Positions 25,154-38,400 of a stretch of 58,800 nucleotides of DNA are shown one piece after another (the stretch's first letter is position 1; each line of letters begins with the position of its first letter). Position numbers and translations under genes: made by a program. The stretch spans positions 1 through 58,800 of the forward strand of contig JAHBMJ010000042.1 in the NCBI GenBank assembly GCA_018398765.1. Reading direction: 5' to 3'. This DNA comes from Chromera velia. Lineage: Eukaryota. Under the pieces are notes generated by a model, which saw nothing but the letters and a program-made list of their open reading frames with translations, was not told the DNA's origin and ran no database searches.

Positions 25154-28100
25154 ATGGAGTCCGGCAAAGAGTTCCCATCTTTTGTTTCTCCCGCTGTTAC
25201 TCCCGCCCTCGATCGCCCCTGCGACGGCTACTTGTGGAAGTTAGGGGATGGTTTCTTCAACAATTACTGGAGCGAGAGGTACGTGGTGGTGTTCGCTGGT
25301 TTCCTCTTTTACTTCGACAGCATTCACGACGAGAACGCGAAGGTTACAATCAACCTCCAACAGGCAGAGATTGAGTGGATTGGAGCCCACAGGGGAAGGG
25401 GGAACGTATTCCTCCTCAAGTCCCCCCACCACTCCAGAGAAGTGCACCTAGCGTCAGTCACTGAGGCAGCCAGTCAGGGCATGCAGAAGTCAGTGTGTGG
25501 GTGCTGGAGAATGGAGTCGACAGAAGAATGTGCGTGTCCCTGGATAAGTGGGCAAGTGAGAGGGTACAGAGCCATGGGGAAGAAAGATTCGTTTGCTCGC
25601 GCCGTCTCCTGTTTGCCTGGGGTCCTGAAATGCGTCTGTATGGTCTCCCGTGCATCGATGTGGATGGAAAATTACTCTGAACGATTTTTCACTCCGTCTA
25701 CCATCCTCTAAGTGCCCTCTCGCTCTCCTTTCTCTGCAGCTTAGATTGTTTCCCGTCTCCTACTTCCTTGCTGGTTGCCGTCGATCTCATCGCGCGCACT
25801 TTTCTTCCCTTTTTCGAAGAATCGAACGCTTTCATGCCCTGTAAATTCTCTCTCTGTCTACTCTGTTTTTGTCTGTGCGCTCTCCTGCAGTGCGGAGACG
25901 GAAGATTCGTCCCGACAATGGATCGATTTGATGCAAAGAGCCTCTGCAGCAGCCGCAGAGCCTGAGGCTTCCCCCAGTCCGCAAATGTCTCAGTCCGCCC
26001 TGTCGTCCCCCCACCGTCCTCTGTCAACCCTCGGCCCCCCCTCTTTATCCCTCGACTGGCTCTCTCAAAAAGCGTCACTCAGAGATACACAGCCGTTGCG
26101 TCGGTGGTCAACTCAGAAAACTTCCGGTTCTTCTCTGTCTCTAGCCTCTTCAGCCCTCTCAGTCGTTGAAGCTGCACCTGCAAGCACAGCTGTGACACCC
26201 CCAAATCAGGCAGACGACCCTGTCGCGCCTGCAGTTGCACGCGCAGCGCGTGACGTGGTGAGTCGCGCACAACGATTGATGGAGACAAAAACACGAGGGT
26301 GGATGGAGAGGAGAAATTCTTTCCGGGGTACAGGTCCGGGGTTGACCGACCCCTGGCCGCCCCCGTGCATCTCTCGCGAAATTGGTGAGGAAGCCGGGGT
26401 GCTCCATTGCGTTGCCTCGGGATACCTCGTCAATCCCTCTTTAGTCGGGAAGCCCTTGGGGGGTAAACCCCCTGAGGAAGGTTTGAGTCTTGTTGGTCGT
26501 ATGATGAGTTGCCTGGGGGGATTGGTGATTTCTCTTGTATCGTTTTTGCTCCCCTGTGTGGCTGGGGTGGTTCTCTTTTTTTTAGTTGACGCGTGGATGG
26601 AGGAACACCCAGACCGAGATTGGGCAGCGTTGTGGCAGAAGTATAAACGGGTGGCGACCCAGTCCGGAGATTGGGCCGGGCCTCAGGGGGGTAGGTGGCC
26701 TAGGTGGAGGTCCATTTGTGGAATTCGGCTTCATACAGCATGGGGGGCATTGATAGAACATTTTGTTTCGTGGAGGTTTTCCTTTTCCGATTTGGGTACT
26801 CTGTTGGGTCTTGGTCTTTTGGTGTTGCTTGTGGCAGTGGGGCTATGGGGTTTGTTGCAGATTTTGTGTCCGTGCAGACGCAGGGGGAGGAGAGGGGAGT
26901 CTGCGCTTCCTAGAGAGAGGGGCGATCTGATGTCGTCAGGGGCAAGTGGAGCGGAAGTGCTTTTTGCCGCAACCGATGTCCAAGTGTCTGTTGCGCATTT
27001 GGCGTCGGTCGTTGCATCTTTGCAGAGACGAAAAGAGCTTCTGCTCGGACTTTTGTCGGTTGATAAAGCTTCTTTGGCAAGAGATAGCAGAGATGAAAGT
27101 GAAGAGAGGAGTGGTGTGACAAGGGAACGGAAACGAAGTCTGAGTGGAGAAGATGGAGAGGCAAAAACCGGGGTCGGGGTGTCTAAGAGAGTCTGGTCCC
27201 GAGACTTTGCAGTGGTGGATGTTGTGGAGAGACATGAGAGACGGCCACACGGAGGAGGCACGTCATTTGCCTCACCCCACCGTTTCACACGAGCGTACAG
27301 AAGGTTGACAATACGTGATCGTGAATCTGTTGATGGTGGGGGTTGTTTCTTTATTGTGTCTTTGCCTATGGAAATGGACACGGGGGGGATGAGAGGAGCA
27401 CCGGGAAGAGGGTCTGGGCATGGAGGGAGTCTGGGCAGCTCTCCTCGGAGACGGAGAAATAGAGGGGTGCATGGGGGTCCAGGGGGGTCGGTATTCTCTC
27501 TGGAGGGTGTTTGCCCGCTTCCTCTGACGAAGATCGCGACGCCCTCAGATGACAATCCGGTGGAGGTCTTTGTGTGCCAGAGCTCTCGGAGTGACCGCAC
27601 GGCATGTGAGTCGATCAGTGGGGGTGTTCATCGTCATGCATGGCTGTGATCGTGTTTCTGCAATGCCTGTTGATGTGCAGTCCTTGTCTGACTGCTTTCA
27701 TATGCTTAGAAAGAGACTTCGCGGTCAAGGACGGGAAGCACGCCCTTTTGAGAGAGAAAGAGACAAACTATCAGGAAGGTACACAGCCAGACAGCGCGAC
27801 AGACAGACGAATAGACAGACGAATAGATCTGCAGAGAAACACATGCGTCGATCGAACGATGGGGCAAAGGGACGAAAGCGGGGAGACGGGGCAACCAACA
27901 CATGTGAATCGAACGAAGCCATTGTGCTGTACTTGAAAATTTTACATCCTGTAGAACGCATCACTGTCGGTACCCTCATGCGCCTCCGAAGAGGAGGGGA
28001 ACGAGAACAGAAAGAACAAGTTGGGGGGGGGCTGCATGGCCTCTGTCATCTCCTCTTCTCCTCTCCTCTCTTCTCCTCTCTTCTCTTCTCCTCTCTTCTC

Positions 28101-31100
28101 CTCTCTTCTCTTCTCCTCTCTTCTCTTCTCTTCTCTTCCATTTTCCGTCTGTCTCCTGCTTACTCTCTCTCTCTCCGTGCGCATGCACATCATATATGCG
28201 CAGCTGAGCTCTGCTACATGGCGACCGGCACCTTTAGGGGAAGGGGGGGGCTGGGGGGGTCGGGGCTCTTCGTTGGCGGCGCGGGTAGCGGGGAGATGGG
28301 GGGCGTTGGGGCCTCCTTGCCTGCCTCCCTCGCGGCGTCCTTCGTCGCCATAAGAGCATTTGCAGAGGTCAGGCAGTCAGTCAGTCAGCCCGTATACCTG
28401 CGGGTGTAAATTGGCTCAGATGGAGGCATTCGATTTGGTTCCCTTTTTTTGTAGCGAAACTGACAGAAGCCTCTCTTTCTCCCCATGAACTGCAACACAG
28501 GGCCGTTCGTAAACCGCCGTCTATCCTCTTCTCCCTTTCCCTTTGCCGCCTGATAACAAGCAAGCGTCAATGTTCAGCCATTGCACCCCTTCCCTTAATT
28601 TCTTTCCGCAGAACTCCGAAGGATCCCCCTACTACGTCTCAAGTCTGGAGAGAGAGCACAGACCCCCCCACTCCGTCCTTCGACCCTCCTTATCTCGGAA
28701 GGACAGTCCCAGAAAGCTCCTCGTCGCACAACCCTCCAACAGCCCAGCCCTGGGAAGCCAGCTTTGGATCCTCCCAGGCACAGACAGAGGCTCAGCCCCA
28801 CCATCGGAGAGCCTCACCGCGCCATCCCCCGCCGCCCATGCCGCCGCATGTGCAGCTGCCCCGTCAGTGGAAGTAAACGAGGGGGGCGAGTCCAGTCGGA
28901 GTGATCCTTCGGGTAGGGGGGGCAGGGCCAGCGTGCTGAGGATAGAGAAGCGCAGGGGCTCTACAGGAAGATCCCCTTCCATGTGAGTGGGTGGGTGCGT
29001 TCTCCTTGCACAACGTCCATTTGCCATGCTCAGCTTCCCCTCTCGAGTCGCCGTTTCTTCCTTTCTTTCCTTTCCTTTGTGCACAATGTCCACCTTCTAT
29101 GCTCAGCTTCTCCTCTCGAGCGGCTCTCCTTGTATGCCTGTCTTTCCTGGCTTGTCTGGCTGCGCGTCTGCGGACTCACCTTGCTTCTGTCACTGACGAT
29201 GCTCTTCTTCCCTCTCTTGAGTGCGTGTACTGACTGGACGACTGAATGACTGACTTACACTCCTTTCCCCTTATGAGATCATTGTTGGAGTTCCTCTCGG
29301 CTGTCTCCATCAAACAATCCATCCACTGTTTTTTTCCTTTCCTTTCCTTTCCTTGATTGTTATTCTCACCTTCTGCCCCTTCGATCCCTCCCGCCCCCTC
29401 TGTTTCCTCCCTCCCTCCCTTCAGGCTGGGTGTGGATCATCATCTGACATCTCAGGGCCCGTCTCGAGAGAGATCCCGGGGGCTCCTGTCGTCTTCCCAA
29501 GCCTTGGCAGAGGGGGGGGATCTCGAGTGGCCCCTCCACGGGTTTGAGAGGGTGTCGCACTATGGAGGCCTGAAGCTGATCGACCAGGATCTTCTCGACA
29601 AGCAGAAGGGGGTCGCCTCAGACATGCTCAGACAGGCCGCCTCTCTGATTGCACAAGTACGTTCGTTCTGTAGAGAGAGCTGTACTTGGGTCGTTGGCTA
29701 AGCCTCGAGTTCTCTCTCCCAGTGACGTTGTTCTTTTTCTCTGTAGTGGAGTACAAGGAGATCAAAGAAAGATGGAAGGAAGGAAGAACGACTGATCGAA
29801 CTGATCGACCCGTCGCTTGGTTTCTTTCACCTGCTTTCTCTCTTTGGTTTCTTTCACCTGCTTTCTCTCTTGAAGTCTGCTCTGCTTGCGACTGAAGGTA
29901 ACTGGGGGCTCCTTTTTTTTTGCTTGTCTGCTTTTCGCGAGTGAGTTGATTTGAGCCTTTTCGTGTCCCCTCACTCACTCACTGAATACATACAGGCCCG
30001 TCCGTTGACCCAAATCAGCCTGCCTGTGAGGGTGTTCGAAGGGCGCAGTCTCCTCCAGAGGGTTGCGGATCTCTGGGGATTCGGGCCTGCATTCCTTCCT
30101 CTGGCTGCAAGGTACACAGATACAGACCCGCTGGAAAGAGCAAAGCTGTGTCTCTGCTTCCTGCTCGCAGGCCTGCACAAAGGTCAGTCGGTCCTGCAAA
30201 CTCGAAGAGACGAACAAGCTTTAAGGGTTAGATTTTACGCGATGGAAGGAAGGAAGCAAGGAAGCAAGGAAGGAAGGAAGGAAGGAAGGAAGCCGGAAGA
30301 GGCTTGACAGCAGGCTGTTTTTTTATTCTGTTCTGCTTTTGCTTTCTGCTCCGTTTTGTTCTGTTTGCTTCAAATTCTTTGAAAAAGAAAGAGAGGGAGG
30401 GAGAGGAAGAGAGAGAAACAAAGTCCTTGCTGCAGTGCGAACATTTTTTGGTTCTTCTCCGCTTACATCTTGCTGCAAAAACAGGACAAGGAGGCTTCTG
30501 CTGTCGCTCCTTCTGATTGTTGTAAGGCTCTAGAGGTGATTACACGATCCTGTGTGAGTCCTTCCATGCAGGCACTCAACAGCTGAAGCCCTTCAACCCC
30601 CTCCTAGGCGAAACATTCCAAGGAACGTGGAGCGATGGGACAAAGGTCTGTCTGGAGCACACACGGCATCACCCACCTGTGTGCCATTTTCAGGTGGACA
30701 GCCCTAGAGGGGGATATCAAATGGATGGTCACTACAAGCTCTTGATGAAACTAGGCACAAATGCGGGCCTCGGATTTCAGGAGGGTCCGACGAAAATTCG
30801 TTTTCGTGATGGGGCAACTGTGACTTTGACGTGGCCAGCCATGAGGCTTTCCGGCATTTTGTACGGCTCTCGGATATTTGAATGGGTAGGGGAGGCGACG
30901 GTCACGGACGAGAAAAATGGGATTTTTGGGTCAGTGCGATTTGGGGAGACCACGGCGGACGGCAAGGGCGGAGGGAGCGTGTTTTCCCCGCCTGCCCTCC
31001 CTTCAGAAGAAATCAGGGGGAAAGTGGAAGACTCCAAAAACGGCACGAGCTCTCAACTCACTGGCAGTTGGCTCGACCTGGTCGAGTTCGACGGACAGAA

Positions 31101-31936
31101 GTCAGTCGAGTCTTCAAAGACATGAATGAAAGAAACGAGGGGGAAGAGGGGATGTGTACCTCGAGGAAGGGACGTCTGAGGCAGAAATGGAAGGCTGCGG
31201 GTATTCACGGAGGGATCGTTCTATTCGGTTTAATTTATATTGCTGGACAACAACTGTGTCTACACCCTACTTGATCCTTTCGCCATTCCTCCGACTCCGT
31301 GCCTCTTACAGGCCTGCGGGTCTGTCAGAAAGCCAGCAGGATTCCATGTGTGCGAGGACACTTGGCACTGTTGCGTAGGTGCATCCTCCTCTCTGTGATG
31401 GCTTTTTTAGGTTTGTACCTTTTAATTTTTCTTCCAATTTGAGTGCATGTGTATCCATGCTCATCTGCCAACGCACGGGGTCTCGGATCTGTCTTGGTCA
31501 TCTCCTGATTGCGTGCGCACTTTCTTTCAGATACTGGGGGATTTATGACAGCGGGTTCGAGGAGGCTGTGCCTGTCTCTGCTGCCGAGAGTCTGCCCTCT
31601 GATTGCAGGTGGGAAGGAGACGTCTTTCTTTTCTTTTACATTCTCTCCTGTGCTTCCTTTTGTTCCTTCTCAGAGGGATTGTTTGTTTGCTGCTGATTTT
31701 TGCTCGAATCAAATTTCCGGCTGCTCCTCTTCGTTTCTTTTTTCGCTGTTGTTCTTCTCTTTCATTCCCTCCCTTTCCGTTTCTTTCTTTCTTTCTTTCT
31801 TTCGTTCTTTCTTTCGTTCGTTCGTTCGTTCGTTCGTTCTGTCTGTCTGTCTTTCTTTCTTGCTTTGTTGCTTTCTTGCTTTGTTGCTTTCTTGCTTTGT
31901 TGCTTTCTTGCTTTCTTGCTTTCTTTCTTTCTTTTT

Positions 31937-31967
<31 letters not shown>

Positions 31968-32754
31968 GTTTTTCTCTTTTTCTTTCTTTGTTTCTTTCGT
32001 TCGTTCGTTCTTTCATTCTTTCTTTTTTTTCTTTTGTGGTCTGGATGAACGTTCCTCTCCCTTCTTGTGTGGTCAGATGGCGACCTGATATCTTCTTTCT
32101 TCGGAACGGCGACCTGGACCTGTCTCAAAAGTGGAAACACTGGGTTGAGGACAGACAGAGGGAAGACAGGTAGGTATGTCGGCCCGTACCTATGTCGCCC
32201 ATCTTCAAAAATCTTGCTCACAGTGTCTGACCATGTGAACCGTTGAGCTTTTCGACGCTGCCCTGGACTCTCTTACTTTCGTGAAGGAAGAGTCGGTGTG
32301 CCTGTGTGCAAGGACCTTTGTCTTTCATTTCGTATTGTCGGATTGCCCTGGACCGATTTCGCCGAGAAGAGAAAAAAGAGAACGGACCTCGTTCCCTGCC
32401 CTCATTTCAGCACGACACTATGTTTGTCGATCCTTTGTCACTCGCACGCTGGATGCTTCTCCAGTAAGAGTTTGTTTTTCTGCCTTTATTTATTACAATG
32501 TCTCATCTTCGACTTCAGAAGCATGAAGGACTCTCTGCCTTCCGCTCTCTTCCCTTCAGGGCGGTGGTTTGCTCAGCATGACTTCATGCAAGAGGTAGAG
32601 CTGACATGTGTCCTTCCAAATTTCAAAATGGTCCTCGATTGTTTTACACACGCAGTCTTTCTTTCTTTCTTTCTTTCATTCATTCATTCTTTTCTTCTTT
32701 CCTTCCTTCCTTCCTTCTTTCATTCATCCATCTGTCTCTCTCTCTCTCCCTCCC

Positions 32755-32825
<71 letters not shown>

Positions 32826-32893
32826 CGGTGTCGGTTCGATGTCGCTGCAGGAGCCTCCGGGCCACCAACGCAAAACTGGAAGGCTCTGGATGA
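25154..32893 (+). CDS. Oxysterol-binding-protein-related protein: N-terminal PH domain, internal hydrophobic (TM) segments, degenerate START-like region, C-terminal OSBP/ORD domain (~1236 aa)
   Basis: Exons 25154-25452, 25891-27605, 28204-28367, 28612-28982, 29425-29656, 29996-30182, 30572-31100, 31531-31608, 32077-32169, 32851-32893. PH: DGYLWKLG..YWSERYVVV..LFYF..HLAAETEDSSRQWIDLM. ORD: ISLPVRVFEGRSLLQR, DPLER, LKPFNPLLGETF, EHTRHHPP (EQVSHHPP signature), LPSDCRWRPD, KHWVEDRQREDR. Confidence 0.92.
31780..32030 (+). repeat. Pyrimidine-rich (TTTC)/(TTCG)/(TTGC) microsatellite mosaic in an OSBP-gene intron
   Basis: Directly visible; explains F/L-rich spurious ORFs 31509-32221. Confidence 0.9.
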
Positions 32894-33729
32894 AAACAGA
32901 AACAATTTTAACCATGTGGTGCCAGGTACTCGTAATTCTCGACCTACCTTGCCATTGAACTTGTCAAAATCCTTTTGCACATGTCCCCGTTATCTGCACA
33001 GTGGCCATCTTGCTCATTGGGAATCCCAGATATTATTAGAACGCAGAAGTTAGAAGTCATGGTGGTAGTAATCCGCTGAGATGATAGTATGTACAGGGTG
33101 ATGAATAGAGTCAGAACAAAATAAAAAATGAGAGTACCATAAATTTTAAATAATCATACTTGATTCACCATTGATTTGATTTGATTGATTTGAGTTGGAT
33201 AAAGCCGGCGAGCCGCCTCTAGAGTTGTATGGCGACTTACAGTTTTTGTTTGAAATGATTGTTGTTTCACAATTAATATTAAAGATCGAACATGTCATAA
33301 TTTTTTACTAATTTATTGTATGATTGATTGATTATAATGTTCTGTAGATTGTTCTGCACCTAATTATGTAGCAGGTATAACAATTTATTACTAGAAGTGA
33401 TGTGCACTGGCTTATATTGAGTTATACTGAAAGGAGTGTTCATTTAACTAGACAGAGTCTCTGAGAAAAAATGTATCATGCAGGATTGAATAAAAAAATG
33501 GAAATTTGAGAAGACGGCGAGAACCAACGTGCCAGGCCTCATTGCACCGCGGTCCGCGGGCCGGCCAGCCAGCAGCTCTGTCACAGTGACGATCGAATAA
33601 TGCTTTCAACATTGTCATTGCTTTGTGTATAGGATCTTTTTTTTTTTGAGACAGTTTTAATATTACTTTGGCACCAATGCACCAGCGCCAGCGCCAGCGC
33701 CGCGCCGCGAATGATGGAAGAATTGCGCG

Positions 33730-34751
33730 CAGTGTTGTTAAGTCTCGGTACTTTCGGTACTTTGGTACCAGAGGGGGGGTTGGTATCGGATTTCGGATCG
33801 GATCTTTCGGTACCGACCTAAATGACTCTCAAACTTAAAAATCACATGTAGTCTGATGTTACAATATCATTTAAACATACTTCATAAAACAAAATAAATA
33901 AAATACAATGATAAATTAAAATTAAGAAAGTCTTTTCTAGCTTTTTTGATTGTTCCACGACTTCTGTCTTCTAGAACGGTCTATGGATTGAGACATAAAA
34001 CCCATGTGTAAAACTGTTTGCTTGCATGAATTGAGGATGCACAGGAGACACTGCACAGGAGACATTTCGCCTCAGATGGCGAAAGGAGCTTAAAATACTG
34101 ATAAAGAGGCGACGGCGGCATTGCTGCACCTCCACTGCCTGGCGGTGGAGACTGATATCCACCTCTTGCACAATAAAAGAGGAAGAAATCTAAAGAAAGT
34201 CCAAACAAAGAGGTAACTTTCAGATTTTTCTAAATGGAATTTAAGCAAAAGTCGGGACTTGCACACAAATCTCCCTGACCAGTGTTGATCACTGTTGGAG
34301 GAGAGAGATTAATTGAAGGATGGGAACAATATAAAAAGAGACTCAGACCAGCACTCTTGTTTTTTTTGTGGCGGTGCACGTGTGCAACCTCAAAATTCAT
34401 GTAAAGAGACGGTGATGCTTCAGATGGCAGTTCTGCATCCATGTGACGATAGTACGCGAGATACACATAATGCGCAGCCCAGGGCCTGCACGCCGCAGCC
34501 CATACAGGCGCGCAACCCCCCCTCACACTTCAAATTAGACATTAAAAGTTTATGCTAGTCATCTTTAAGCATTCCAGTGTCCTAATGGCATATATTAAAC
34601 AATCTGTAAAGAGTTCTAAAAACCTGTTTAGAATATGTAAAAAAGCTGGTACCGAAAATACCAAAAAGGTACCGAAAGTACCGAAAAATTTCGGATCGGG
34701 GGGTCGGTATCAGATTTCGGTACTTAGGTTTGTTGGGATTTAACAACTCTG
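33730..34751. mobile_element. Non-autonomous hAT-like DNA transposon (MITE), ~1.0 kb
   Basis: TIRs CAGTGTTGTTAA (33730-33741) and TTAACAACTCTG (34740-34751), 11/12 match; flanking 8-mers ATTGCGCG (33722-33729) and ATTGCACA (34752-34759) as decayed TSD; clustered subterminal GGTACCGA/TCGGTAC/TCGGATCGG motifs at both ends (33745-33820, 34645-34725). CAG termini with an 8-bp TSD are hAT hallmarks. Confidence 0.75.
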
Positions 34752-34830
34752 ATTGCACATGATTGGAGTGAAAGTACACATTTTTAAATTGCGTTTTTTT
34801 GTTTCATATCATATGCACAATTCAGAGACC

Positions 34831-35240
34831 TATACCAAGCGTAACTCAATTTGGCACGATTACGATTGTGATTGCAAATGTGAAAAATATTTTTATCGTG
34901 CAAACAGTCTTTTAAGACTTGCGATATGTTTCTGATAATATTTGTAAAGTCTGTACAAATTTTCAAGTTCATACGCGCCACCGATTACGTTTGCGAAAAA
35001 TATGAAAATTTAAAGTCAGGATTCGTTTTCCGGGGCCGCCCGACTTTGAATTTTCATATTTTTTGCAAACGTAATCGGTCACGCGTACAAACTTGAAAAT
35101 TTGTACAAACTTTACAAATATTATCAGAAACATGTTGCAAGTCTGAAAAAACTGTTTCCACACTAAAAATATTTTTCATATTTGCAATCGCAAACGTAAT
35201 TGGCTGTATGGGTTTGCTAAATTGAGTTGCGCTTAGTATA
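34831..35240. mobile_element. Fold-back (palindromic) MITE with ~190-200 bp inverted arms and a ~20-nt GC-rich loop; TA at both ends (Tc1/mariner-like TSD possible)
   Basis: Left arm 34831-~35020 (tataccaagcgtaactcaattt..aatatgaaaatttaaagtc) is the reverse complement of right arm ~35041-35240 (gactttgaattttcatatt..aattgagttgcgcttagtata). Confidence 0.85.
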
Positions 35241-35557
35241 TAGCTGCGTACGTATAATATGATGAGGAACGTCTTGTGCATAGTCGGATTCACTCAGAAT
35301 GCTGACCATTTTTGGTAGCTCTCATTTGATGTAGACTTCACAAAATCTGATACTGAAGGTTGTATCTGAGGCACTCTACTTGAGCATACAGCGTCATCGC
35401 GTTGTTTTACTTTTAACTGTTGCAACAGCTTCTTTGCAAGAGCTTCTTTGCATTCCAAAATCCAAACGTTCTCACATATCTATATATATTTCTCTCCGCT
35501 AGCATTTTCTCACACGCAATCAGCTTGCAGAAGACAGTAGCAGAAAATTTCTACACA

Positions 35558-36586
35558 ATGCAGTCTCCATTGTACTTGGCCATCGGTAGAGTCTTTCCGA
35601 TCAATTTTGAGGGGAAAATGGAACTAAGAGGCATAAAGTACGACGAACACACTGACACATCCCGGTACGTATTGCAACATTTCACAGGGGACTGGCAAGG
35701 GAAGCCAGAGTACTCCTTTTGGGTGGTACGCTGGACTGCTAAGCAGGTCTTCAGAAAGGTCAAACCGGCTTTTCGGGGATGAGTGCAGTGGCTTTGCCGG
35801 ACCTGTTCTCCTCAAGGCTTCATGCCCACAGCCAACGATGTCCCCGAAGCCAATCACATCGAACAGCAACAGACTGCAAGTGCATGTGAGATCTGTCCTG
35901 CAGTACAGGCAGTAGAGCAGAAGCAGAAGGAGGAAGAGGAGAGTCGGGTGGCAGAGATGCACTCTCTTACTCGCAGTTGTGTCGCTCGTGTAACACAGGT
36001 GGCAGTACAGGCAGCAGAGCAGAAGCAGAAGGAGGAGGGCGAGAGCCGGGTGGCAGAGATGCGTACTCCATACATCCTAACACCCAGGCAGAAGGAGGGT
36101 ACGCCTCCAGGCTTGGCGGAGCTTAGGAAAAAGACCTCTGCAATTAATACCCATGTCACCTCTGCCCTGACAGTTTCAGGTTCCTCTCAGACCCGAGGAA
36201 CGATTAACGGTCCTCTGCCTGTCCGTGAGACGTTGCCAAAGAATTGTCAAAATGGTTTCCACTTCCGCTGGGGCGGCGTTGGCAAATTCTTCCGTCAGGT
36301 TTCTTGCCGCCTCTCCTGTGGTCTCTGTTTGTGGGGCTCCCCTGTTCTTGAGGATGACAGCGGTCAGTGAGTGATGCATGAGAGAAAGAGACTCTGCAGG
36401 TCTAACGGAAGCATGCATGGTAGCCTCAGCCTCTTGACAGATACCTGGCAATAGGTCACGAAATATAAAGAGAGCAACGAGAGCGAGAGACAGAGAGAGA
36501 AAGAGAGAGTAAAAGAGAAGAGGAGAGAGAGAGAAAGAGAAAGCTAGAGAGAGAGAGAAAGAGAGAGAAAGAAAGAGAGAGAGAGA

Positions 36587-36620
<34 letters not shown>

Positions 36621-37001
36621 GAGAGGGAGCGAGAGAAAGATAGAGAGAGAGACAGAGACAGAGACAAAGAGAGACAGAGAGAGCAAGCGATGGACATCGT
36701 TTTGTTCAGAGCCTTTCATATACACCTCAATTATATGTGAGACAGTGAGTGAATAAGGGTGTGACGGAATGAGAGACGCTCAGTGTGAGAGAGCTGGGCA
36801 GAAAACGTTTGATTGTCTGTTGTACGATGAATTTGAAATCCAATCCGTCAAATTTGAATGTAAGTCAGACAAGCACGGACAGACAGATGGACACACAGAC
36901 AGAGAGACAGACAGACAGACAGACCGACCGACAGACAGATTATATCATCTTTTCTTCACTTCACTTTTTCCGAATCACTTCCTTTCTTTCGGACAGACAG
37001 G

Positions 37002-37047
<46 letters not shown>

Positions 37048-38400
37048 CGGACTGACATGGATTGACACAAACAGACAGACAGATAGACAAATACACAGAT
37101 AGAATGAATAGGGAGTGAGAGGGAGCAAGCCAAATTGAGCCAACAGTCATACTGAATGACTTTTGATGTATACAGTCTTCTTTTTATTCTCTTTTTGCAC
37201 TCATTCGTTTCCTTTTGGTTTTTGACCTTGCTGCAGACGGACTTCGACAAATGTAGATGATGGTCGCACCTCTCTAAGGCCACGTGATGCTTGAGATGGA
37301 CCCGACGAGAATTTCTGACGATGATACAATCCAATCGGTATGGCCATGACAAAAGTCTGGCCGCTTGACCCCTCGCTGTCTGTCTCTGCAAACGGCTGCT
37401 GTAGTGGCATGAATAACTCGGATTAGCATCGATCAAGCTGTTGAGAGTGTGGGGGGCTTTGGGTTGACTATTAATTAACCGGCTCATGGCTATGACGCAA
37501 GTCGGGCCGCTCAACTCCATACTGTTCCTCTCGACACAGCGATGCCACAGTACCTCAACTACACCCCTGGGTCCATATCATTCTGTAATATCATCCCGAT
37601 GCTGAAAGCGAGAGTGTCTGCTTTGAGACGGGTGGGCGCGGCTGTTCGCTTGCATGCTCGGGCGAAAGCCGGACTCTCTTTCTCTCTTACTAACAGGGAT
37701 AGGAAGCTCCTGAATGACTTGCGACTACTCTATGAAGCCAACTTTCAAGGAGAGGTATCTGAGGCGCAGAAGATTCTGAAGTGCTACCTCAGCTACCTAT
37801 TCAGCGTCCCTTTGCTGAAGAACCAGGAAAAGCGGAGGGTGGCGAAGTGAGAAGATGTCCCTATCATGTCTAAGGGGGCAGGTGGGGGGAAGATGGAGCT
37901 TCGGTTTCCTTACAGGGAGGTCCAACCGCCAGGGGGGGGCAAGATGAGTGAGAGAGAGTGGGGAAGTCTGGGAGAGAGAATCGCCGACCTTATCCTCCCC
38001 ATCATCCAGCAGAGTTGCAACGCCAATCTGTCACGGATGGGGGAAGCGATCGAGCGATTCGCTCAGGCAATCTCTTTTGAGTATGAGGCGCTGTGTGGGA
38101 TGCAGGTCTCCATCCCATCCCTTGGGACCTCCTTCTCCGTCCATAGCTCCATGGACAGCCTTAAGACTGCCGTCTTCAACGGTGTATGTCATCGAACCAA
38201 CATAAAAATGCACCCAGTCTGCGGTGAAGAGGGTGCGACAGGGATTCTTGAGCTTGTGAGGGGAGCCCTGGGACTCGGGAAGCTAACCATCCCGGCAGTC
38301 CTGAAATCATGGGAGTGAATGTGCCCATCAGTTGGAAAAGAGTTGTCATTGAGGCTCTGCCCCACCATCAGGTCCACCATGGGCTCAAACCTATATATGT
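35558..38400 (+). pseudogene. Probable two-exon pseudogene of unknown family, inactivated by in-frame nonsense codons
   Basis: ORFs 35420-35782 and 35783-36370 are one frame split by a single TGA. Donor GTCAGT at 36363 and acceptor TGCAG at 37236 join in phase to the frame of ORFs 37542-37850 and 37866-38318, also split by one TGA. Internal ~60-bp duplication (35900/36002; AVQAVEQKQKEEEESRVAEM twice). Segment 37237-37478 has 5 stops and is only weakly supported. Confidence 0.55.

Noticed and set aside
26731..27600. Long antisense ORFs (also 15098-15829, 57237-57938, 8845-9414)
   Set aside because: Shadows of GC-rich sense exons or of the RT ORF, with no independent motifs.
35780..35782. Selenocysteine/TGA readthrough joining ORFs 35420-35782 and 35783-36370
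   Set aside because: No redox-motif context or recognisable SECIS; further stops downstream fit pseudogene decay better.
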